DNA of 57,106 bases from a virus. Its lineage: Duplodnaviria > Caudoviricetes. The notes under the pieces are model-generated. The model did not search any database, was not told the DNA's origin, and worked only from the letters and a program-made list of their open reading frames with translations. The position numbers and the translations under genes are program-made. The stretch covers positions 1 to 57,106 of the IMG/VR virus record IMGVR_UViG_3300048897_000037, one strand, 5' to 3'. This document shows positions 1 through 5,720 of this stretch, in pieces (within the stretch, counting starts at the first letter, position 1; each line of letters begins with the position of its first letter).

Positions 1-29
1 TCCTCCACGGGGGATGTGGAAGGAACAAG

Positions 30-215
30 ATGGCTGGAAAGCATCGAGACGAAGGCAGCGGCTGGGAGGTCGGCGAGCACGACCGTGGCGGCCGAGGCGA
101 CAGCAAGTCCAACGACAGCCGGGGCACCCCGAGCAAGAACAACGGTCCGCGAGTGAAGCCGGCCGTGACCATGGAAGAAGTCAAGAAGTGGACCGAGGGC
201 CGGGAGGGGAAGTGA
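30..215 (+). CDS. hypothetical early protein
   Basis: ORF after GGA-rich upstream sequence; TGA overlaps next GTG. Confidence 0.55.
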   Translation: MAGKHRDEGSGWEVGEHDRGGRGDSKSNDSRGTPSKNNGPRVKPAVTMEEVKKWTEGREGK

Positions 216-412
216 TCTTCCAGTTCGAGTACGCCCGACTGGGATCCATGATCAGCGTGGATGTCTTTGCCGGCAGCGATCCAGAGGCCCTGGACTTTTG
301 CGGGACCGTGGTGTTCGCCGAGGCCGTGTTCATGGCCTTCCAGGAGTCCCTGCAGGATGAGATCTTCACGTCTCTACATGAGATCTACTTCGTGGACCTG
401 GACAAGTCATGA
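212..412 (+). CDS. hypothetical protein
   Basis: GTGA overlap with previous gene, GGAGG RBS, high GC3 (VIFQFEYARLG...). Confidence 0.65.
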   Translation: MIFQFEYARLGSMISVDVFAGSDPEALDFCGTVVFAEAVFMAFQESLQDEIFTSLHEIYFVDLDKS

Positions 413-573
413 CCAGGGGCCGACCGCCGTGGTACCACCTCTGGCACAGCTGGTCTCACTGGACCCAGCCCGACTTTGACATTCTCAGGCTGAGGATGAT
501 CGGGTATCCGGACATCAAGATCCAGTACCGGAGATGCGTGGACTGTGGACGCATCCAGCTCAAGGAGTTGTAG
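409..573 (+). CDS. small Zn-finger-like protein (HxWxxW...RRCVDCG)
   Basis: ATGA-coupled 54-aa ORF translated by hand; below the ORF-track cutoff. Confidence 0.6.
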   Translation: MTRGRPPWYHLWHSWSHWTQPDFDILRLRMIGYPDIKIQYRRCVDCGRIQLKEL

Positions 574-791
574 TGAAGGTCCTGGCGATCGTCAACAGCT
601 TTGGCGTCGTCCACAACTGGGCCAACGGCAACTGCCGGGTGGTCCAGCGGGTCCGGGAGATCGAAACACGTGGGGGCCGGGAGCAGCACAAGGTGGTGCG
701 CCCGGCCCAGGTCCTGGTGTATCACCTGCCGGCCTGCCCGGCGTGCTGGGGCTCACAGAAGGGGCTCATGAACCTGGTGGAGACCATGTGA
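573..791 (+). CDS. hypothetical protein with CxxC
   Basis: AAGGAG RBS, GTG overlapping previous stop. Confidence 0.6.
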   Translation: MKVLAIVNSFGVVHNWANGNCRVVQRVREIETRGGREQHKVVRPAQVLVYHLPACPACWGSQKGLMNLVETM

Positions 792-1150
792 ACCCGATCA
801 AGTGGATCAAGGACACCTGGTGGCTGATCTGGCACAAAGACTTCACGTTGATGGAGTCCGAGTACCTGACCGTCTTGCTCACCGTGAGCCGCTGGGATGG
901 CAGCACCGGGGCCACCGTGATCACATCCAGGCCCTCGTGGTCCTCGTTCGCCATGATCTTCCGCGCCTACGAGGTACCTGAACTCAGCGCCGAAGGACAT
1001 GATCAACTAGTCCGGCTCCTGGAGCTACCCGGCGGCCCCAACCACGGCCAGATCACCGTGTGGCTCTGGCACCAGGGTGTGAGCCAGCCTGTGGACACCT
1101 GGGCTGGTGACCACCCCAAGTTCCCACGATTCATGATGGAGGAGCCGTGA
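788..1150 (+). CDS. hypothetical protein
   Basis: GTGA coupling, GGAG RBS (MNPIKWIKDTWW...). Confidence 0.65.
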   Translation: MNPIKWIKDTWWLIWHKDFTLMESEYLTVLLTVSRWDGSTGATVITSRPSWSSFAMIFRAYEVPELSAEGHDQLVRLLELPGGPNHGQITVWLWHQGVSQPVDTWAGDHPKFPRFMMEEP

Positions 1151-1245
1151 ACGGCGCCGAACAACTCACAGCGATCATCTTCGTGTCGTCCGTGATCTTC
1201 TTCCTGGGTCTCGCTTTTCTCGTGCTGAAGTACGGGAAGAAGTAG
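1147..1245 (+). CDS. small single-TM membrane protein
   Basis: GTGA coupling, GGAGGAG RBS; MNGAEQLTAIIFVSSVIFFLGLAFLVLKYGKK. Confidence 0.6.
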   Translation: MNGAEQLTAIIFVSSVIFFLGLAFLVLKYGKK

Positions 1246-1285
1246 CTTCCCGAGCCAGGTCACGCTGGCGCACCACTGGGAAGGG

Positions 1286-1336
1286 GAAGCCCCCCGATCA
1301 CCTATGAGGTCCTGGCCTCGTGATCGGGGGCTTCTC
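1286..1336 (+). terminator. intrinsic terminator-like hairpin
   Basis: GAAGCCCCCCGATCAC...GTGATCGGGGGCTTC inverted repeat after the left operon. Confidence 0.7.
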
Positions 1337-1371
1337 TAGTCGAAACACCAGATCAGGCCCATGCTGAGGTC

Positions 1372-1518
1372 ATGACCGTAGCCGTGTTGTTCCTCGTTGC
1401 AGCACTCATCCTGTTCGTCCTGGCCGCCTTCAAGGTCACCACTCCCCGAGTCGATCTAGGCTGGGCGGGCATGGTGCTCCTGACCGTAGCCATCTGGCTG
1501 ATCCCGGCCCTGCACTGA
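1372..1518 (+). CDS. small two-TM membrane protein
   Basis: 48-aa hydrophobic ORF MTVAVLFLVAALILFVLAAFK...; CATGCT -10 6 nt upstream (leaderless). Confidence 0.65.
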   Translation: MTVAVLFLVAALILFVLAAFKVTTPRVDLGWAGMVLLTVAIWLIPALH

Positions 1519-1555
1519 AAAAGCCCCCTGATCCAGTGGTCAGGGGGCTTTTTCA
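1516..1555. terminator. bidirectional intrinsic terminator
   Basis: perfect 16-bp IR TGAAAAAGCCCCCTGA/TCAGGGGGCTTTTTCA between convergent genes. Confidence 0.9.
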
Positions 1556-1563
1556 TGTGCTCA

Positions 1564-2598
1564 CTACTCGCGAGGGACCGGCGCCCCATTGGCCACCAGG
1601 AAGTTACCCGACCAGGTGTTGATCGTGGCCAGCAACGTGTCCGACGGCCCCCAGTGCCGGTCCGGGCCGAACCCGTTCCCGGTGACCGCCATGATCTGGG
1701 TGCCCGCGTAGGCCCGGAACACGTATCCGCCCCCGTTGAGCAGGTTCTGGGTCACCACCACCCCGCTGACCGGACCCTGGGTGATCTCGAACTGGAACGC
1801 CCCGTTGAGGGGACCACAGGGGATCCACGGCCCGAGGTCGATGACGTTGCCGCTGAACATGGCACCGGCCACACCCAGAACCTGGATACCATCGGAGTGA
1901 TCAGAGCACTGGGGAGCCGGGGCGTGGATCCAGTTGTTGGTCACCATCACCGTGTTCACCGGGCCGGAGTCCGAGGTTATGTGCAGCCCGTCATCCCAGC
2001 CGGTGACGTTGTTGCGGGTGAAGGTGAAGTTGTCGCCCCCGGACAGGCTGACCCCGCCGTGGATGGTGCAGTGGTCGACGGTGACGTTGTTCCCGGTGAA
2101 CACCACCCCGGCCGCCATGGTGCAGTTGCGCAGTGTCAGCCCGCTCACGGTGACCGTACCCAGGGCCGAGGCCGGGATGGACACACCCGTGTATGTGGTG
2201 TTGGCCTGCAGCCGGCCCACCAGCGGCCGTAGTTGGGTCCCAGCCGGTACCCCGGACCCACCAGCTGGTCCGGTGGCAAACGAGCCGATCCCAGGTGGTG
2301 GCGTGGTCGTTGGTGGGACCGTCGTCGGGGGCACAGTGGTCGGGGGCACCGTGGTGGGCGGAACGGTCGTCGGTGGAGCTGTGGTCGGCGGCGGTGTGGT
2401 GGGCCCGGCCGTGGGCAGATCCCCGCTGCAGCTCAGGTGCGAGCCCGTCAGGGTGCAGGTGAGCGCGAAGGTGCCGTCGGTGGTGACCACGGAGGCCGGG
2501 GCTGCACCGGCTGGCAGGGCGACCAGGACCAGACCAGCAGCCATCATGCCGGCGCCGAACGTGACTAGTTCGCGGATGTGCTCTTTGAGCCGTGTCAT
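1564..2598 (-). CDS. secreted right-handed beta-helix (pectin-lyase-fold) protein with Pro/Thr linker
   Basis: signal peptide (...LVLVALPAGA/AP), PPTTV repeats, PbH1-like repeats (NNVTVDHCTIHG, VTNNWIH, HSDGIQ); ATG 2598 lies 6 nt after a -10. Confidence 0.75.
   Translation of the reverse strand: MTRLKEHIRELVTFGAGMMAAGLVLVALPAGAAPASVVTTDGTFALTCTLTGSHLSCSGDLPTAGPTTPPPTTAPPTTVPPTTVPPTTVPPTTVPPTTTPPPGIGSFATGPAGGSGVPAGTQLRPLVGRLQANTTYTGVSIPASALGTVTVSGLTLRNCTMAAGVVFTGNNVTVDHCTIHGGVSLSGGDNFTFTRNNVTGWDDGLHITSDSGPVNTVMVTNNWIHAPAPQCSDHSDGIQVLGVAGAMFSGNVIDLGPWIPCGPLNGAFQFEITQGPVSGVVVTQNLLNGGGYVFRAYAGTQIMAVTGNGFGPDRHWGPSDTLLATINTWSGNFLVANGAPVPRE
2295..2406 (-). repeat. coding tandem repeat (PPTTV/PPTTA linker)
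   Basis: PTTPPPTTAPPTTVPPTTVPPTTVPPTTVPPTTTPPP in translation. Confidence 0.85.
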
Positions 2599-2604
2599 GA
2601 TCCG

Positions 2605-2633
2605 AGCGTGCACAGAGAAGTCTCTGGTGTCAA
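2605..2633 (-). promoter_or_regulatory. sigA/HrdB-type promoter
   Basis: TTGACA-N17-CACGCT on minus strand. Confidence 0.6.
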
Positions 2634-2639
2634 CCTGCC

Positions 2640-2668
2640 TGGCCACCCCTCTCCGGACGTGCTACAAT
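2640..2668 (+). promoter_or_regulatory. sigA-type promoter with extended -10
   Basis: TGGCCA-N17-TACAAT, TGn extension. Confidence 0.6.
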
Positions 2669-2674
2669 GGGGAC

Positions 2675-2796
2675 ATCATGACCGTTGGCACGGAAGTGAT
2701 GGCCATAGATGTGGCGCCTAGGACCTCAACCGGACCGACGATGGCGCCAATCGGCCAGAAGGGCCCCTGGATCCTGTCCCAGGGGCCCTTCTTCTT
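2675..2796 (+). ncRNA. putative small structured RNA 1
   Basis: own promoter; hairpins CATCAT-GA-CCGT/ACGG-AA-GTGATG and TGGCC..TGGCGCC/GGCGCCA..GGCCA; terminator follows. Confidence 0.5.
2757..2796 (+). terminator. intrinsic terminator
   Basis: AGAAGGGCCCCTGG/CCAGGGGCCCTTCT plus T-rich tail. Confidence 0.75.
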
Positions 2797-2824
2797 GCCC
2801 TGTGACCCCTCCCTGGGGTACGCT
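2795..2824 (+). promoter_or_regulatory. sigA-type promoter
   Basis: TTGCCC-N18-TACGCT. Confidence 0.55.
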
Positions 2825-2829
2825 TCCGG

Positions 2830-2960
2830 AACGGCATGGCGTGCCGGGTCTCTGGGTAGGGCTTGGATAGTCCCAGGACAAAAGCTCGGGGAACCTGGGC
2901 CAAGCAGGTGGAACCGAGCCTCCCCCTTGAACCCCCCTGGTCTTGTAGCAGGGGGGTTTC
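2830..2960 (+). ncRNA. putative small RNA 2 with kissing-loop motif (copy A, 2848-2919)
   Basis: two adjacent hairpins with complementary loops GGGCTTGGA / GGCCAAG; same architecture at 25432-25493. Confidence 0.6.
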
Positions 2961-2966
2961 TTGGTT
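2929..2966 (+). terminator. intrinsic terminator
   Basis: GAACCCCCCTG/CAGGGGGGTTT followed by CTTGGTTT. Confidence 0.7.
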
Positions 2967-2973
2967 TCAGGAC

Positions 2974-3002
2974 TTGCCCCCCACCCCTCCCCAGGGTATA
3001 GT
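2974..3002 (+). promoter_or_regulatory. sigA-type promoter
   Basis: TTGCCC-N17-TATAGT. Confidence 0.7.
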
Positions 3003-3018
3003 TATGATCATCTGGCAG

Positions 3019-3092
3019 GCCCCCTGTAGCTCAATGGGTCAGAGCACTCTCACCAAAGAGAGATTCCCGTTCGAACCGGGACGGGGGCACCA
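3019..3092 (+). tRNA. atypical or pseudo tRNA (Trp-like CCA in a 6-nt loop)
   Basis: D arm GCTC/GAGC, T arm TCCCG-TTCGAAC-CGGGA, encoded ACCA end; shortened anticodon loop/variable region, bulged acceptor stem. Confidence 0.65.
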
Positions 3093-3129
3093 GAACAACC
3101 AATCTCTTATCCCTTGAAAGGGGAATGCA

Positions 3130-3762
3130 ATGGACTACGCACTGAAGATCAAGAAGCTGAAAAGACTGAAGTGGGCCTGCCGAGCGATCGTGGCGACCGC
3201 CACCTTCGTTTCGGTCTGGGCGAACCAACTCCAAGCACAACGCAACGGAGCGAGCATCTTCATCTCGATCATGCCCCCACTCATCGTGATGGCAGGTTTC
3301 GAGTTGGTGAGCCGAATCCCGATCAGTAACGGGATCTGGGTCACGAGGTTCACTCGGCCCGTGGTTACCGCCAGCATCACCCTGGGCAGCGCCTGGTTGA
3401 GTTACTTCCACCAGCGCGACGCCTTCGGTCGCTACACGACCGACGTTTCCACCATCCGTGTCCTGCCACTGCTCATCGACGGCCTCATGGTCATCGCGGC
3501 GGTGTCCTTGGTCGAACTGAACGTCCAGGTAGCTTTCCTGGAGACCAAGCAGGCCGGCCTGGATGTGAGGGTTGAGCGGGCCCCACGGCCGGCAACCAAG
3601 GTGGTCGCGAAGGCGCCGTCGGGCAAGGAGCGGATCGCCCTGGTCCTAGCCCAGGCCCCCGATCTGGCTATCAAGGAGATCGCGGCCAAGGCTGGCGTGA
3701 GCTACAACTACGCTCACAGCATCGTCAAGGAGCTTCGGCCTCCACAGGCCATCGGGTCATGA
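3130..3762 (+). CDS. DUF2637/SpdA-like membrane protein with C-terminal HTH
   Basis: 4 TM segments, AWLSYFH and LPLLIDGLMVIA motifs, C-terminal IKEIAAKAGVSYNYA; GAAAGGGG RBS. Confidence 0.75.
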   Translation: MDYALKIKKLKRLKWACRAIVATATFVSVWANQLQAQRNGASIFISIMPPLIVMAGFELVSRIPISNGIWVTRFTRPVVTASITLGSAWLSYFHQRDAFGRYTTDVSTIRVLPLLIDGLMVIAAVSLVELNVQVAFLETKQAGLDVRVERAPRPATKVVAKAPSGKERIALVLAQAPDLAIKEIAAKAGVSYNYAHSIVKELRPPQAIGS

Positions 3763-3770
3763 GCCCACAC

Positions 3771-3805
3771 GAAAGGCCCCCAGGATCGCTCCTGGGGGCC
3801 TTTTC
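3771..3805. terminator. bidirectional terminator
   Basis: GAAAGGCCCCCAGGA/TCCTGGGGGCCTTTT between convergent genes. Confidence 0.85.
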
Positions 3806-3814
3806 TGTGTTCTC

Positions 3815-4042
3815 TTACTCCTCGTCGAGGTCGAGAACCTTGATAGCGGAGATGACACGCTTCCGAAGCTGGACATAGGCCTCGACCAAGGTGTCGATTC
3901 GGCCATCGTCGTACGAGTCGCCGAGACCGCGAATATCTTGATCGGTCAAGTGCGGGAGGAGCGGGGAGGGAGCCTCCTCAGGCTCCTCCCCGTCCACAAA
4001 TCCCAGCCAGAACATCTCTTCCGCGTGGGATCGGTCGTTCAC
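3815..4042 (-). CDS. hypothetical protein
   Basis: GTGA overlap with upstream gene; acidic 75 aa. Confidence 0.6.
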   Translation of the reverse strand: MNDRSHAEEMFWLGFVDGEEPEEAPSPLLPHLTDQDIRGLGDSYDDGRIDTLVEAYVQLRKRVISAIKVLDLDEE

Positions 4043-4866
4043 CGGGAACGGCGCCACGCGGGCAGGGCCTTGGTCTTGAGTCCAGGCCCGGTGGGGTTGC
4101 GGTTGTAGTGGTCGGTGATCTGATCGGCCACCGCCATGGGTACCCGCATCCGTCGGGCCGCCGCGATGGTCTCAGCGTCGTTGAGAAGGGCACTGGGGCC
4201 CCCGGCGTACTGACTGAGCCGGTTGTAGAGCCGGTCGAAGTCGATCTTCGTGCCGTACTCCGTCAGGAAGGCGGCCAGGGCCTCGATGATGACCGCGCTA
4301 CCGGCGTGGCGATCGTTGCCCCAGGCCCGGTTCAGCACCATGGCCACGTCTTGCAGGACGTTCGGCTCGTCGCCGGCCGCCTGAGACCGTCGGTACACCC
4401 GCTCCAGGGCCTTGATGCACTGCAGGGTGCCGTTTCCGCCCTGGCGCTGGATCACCCAGCCGTAGTACTTGGTGACCTTGTCGATGTCGACGGCCACCGG
4501 GTCGCCGACGATGAGTCGGGCCCGGAACCGGTCCATGGCGTTGGGCTGGCTGCCGTCGTTGAGGTCGAGGAACAGCTGTGCCTCCTCTTCCAGGGTCAGG
4601 TCGTTGAACACGTTGCACAGCATCTCGCCGTTGTTGTCAGTCATGATCTTCACGGCTGACCAACGGTGCCATCCATCGACGATCACCTGAGTCACGGCAT
4701 TCCGCCGGGACACAGTGATGACGCCGAGGGCGGCCGGGTTGAAGTTCTTGATGATCCCCTCGACCTTGCGGTCGCTGTAGATCTCGCGCTGAACCTTCCT
4801 GTCGATCTCAAGATCCTTAACAGGAAGAACCTCTGTGTGGAAGCGCTTGTCCAGGGGGTTACTCAC
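4039..4866 (-). CDS. ParB/Srx-like N-terminal domain protein (DUF6551-like)
   Basis: LEIDRKVQR, FNPAALGVITVSRR, IVDGWHRW motifs. Confidence 0.75.
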   Translation of the reverse strand: MSNPLDKRFHTEVLPVKDLEIDRKVQREIYSDRKVEGIIKNFNPAALGVITVSRRNAVTQVIVDGWHRWSAVKIMTDNNGEMLCNVFNDLTLEEEAQLFLDLNDGSQPNAMDRFRARLIVGDPVAVDIDKVTKYYGWVIQRQGGNGTLQCIKALERVYRRSQAAGDEPNVLQDVAMVLNRAWGNDRHAGSAVIIEALAAFLTEYGTKIDFDRLYNRLSQYAGGPSALLNDAETIAAARRMRVPMAVADQITDHYNRNPTGPGLKTKALPAWRRSR

Positions 4867-5645
4867 TAGAATTCCCTTCGAAGTTCCTTGACAATAAGCC
4901 GGACCGACTTGGTCAGACTGTCGATCTTTTCCTTGACCGCATCACGACTTTCCGGTGAAAGCGTATGCATCCCTCCGATGCGGAAGGCTTGCTCTAGAGC
5001 CGTATCTGCAGCCTTGATGATGTTCGTCAGTGCCTCGACCCTTTCTTCCTCCCTCATGGGGGACATTCGCCTCTGGGCATTGTTGACGGCACTGATTCGC
5101 TCGTAGCCGATGATGGGAGACCCAGGAGGACTGGCGTAAATTTCCCCCACAATCCTCGCCGCCTGATGATTTCCGTGGTTTGCCATATTCACGAGCATGT
5201 TGAGGCGATTGATCGAATTCTCACTCACCCCACAGGCACGAGAACAAACCACCCGGGCTCCCTCAATGGGAGGGAGTTTGGTTCTCTGCTTGGCTCCGGT
5301 GCGACGCCTCAGATCCCAGGCGCGGCACAACACCTTGAAGTTGACGTACAGCTCCATGTTGCGCTGATGGGGAAAAGGCTCCCCAGCGCGCACCTTGACC
5401 AGCTCATCGGCTGCCTCAGATGGCGTATCGAAAAACAACGCCGGCACCACGGACCAGCCCAGCATTTGATATGCCCTGAGTCGATTCAGTCCGTCCAGGA
5501 GAAGTCCTGAGTGGGCATCGACCAGGATCGGGTGTTTCAGACCGTTGTCGCGGATGTCCTCGGCGAGCGCCTTGATCTCGGCGTCAGTGGCTCGGGACGA
5601 TCGAGAGAAGTGGATCTTCTCCGACGTCACGTTGCCCTTCTTCAT
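4866..5645 (-). CDS. ParB N-terminal domain protein with HTH
   Basis: LAEDIRDNGLKHPILVD...LLDGLNRLRAY; CSRACGVSENSINR HTH. Confidence 0.8.
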   Translation of the reverse strand: MKKGNVTSEKIHFSRSSRATDAEIKALAEDIRDNGLKHPILVDAHSGLLLDGLNRLRAYQMLGWSVVPALFFDTPSEAADELVKVRAGEPFPHQRNMELYVNFKVLCRAWDLRRRTGAKQRTKLPPIEGARVVCSRACGVSENSINRLNMLVNMANHGNHQAARIVGEIYASPPGSPIIGYERISAVNNAQRRMSPMREEERVEALTNIIKAADTALEQAFRIGGMHTLSPESRDAVKEKIDSLTKSVRLIVKELRREF

Positions 5646-5720
5646 AGCTCGCTCCAGTTCTACCTACCCCAGGGGGGGGTGGGCAAGTGAAGCGTATACC
5701 TATGAATCCAGGTTCGACAA

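Noticed and set aside
1555-3001. Long plus-strand ORFs (1555-2232, 1934-3001) and similar long antisense ORFs elsewhere (e.g. 7002-8231, 17799-19250, 25418-27259)
   Set aside because: Shadow ORFs of high-GC coding sequence opposite well-supported genes; no motifs or RBS.
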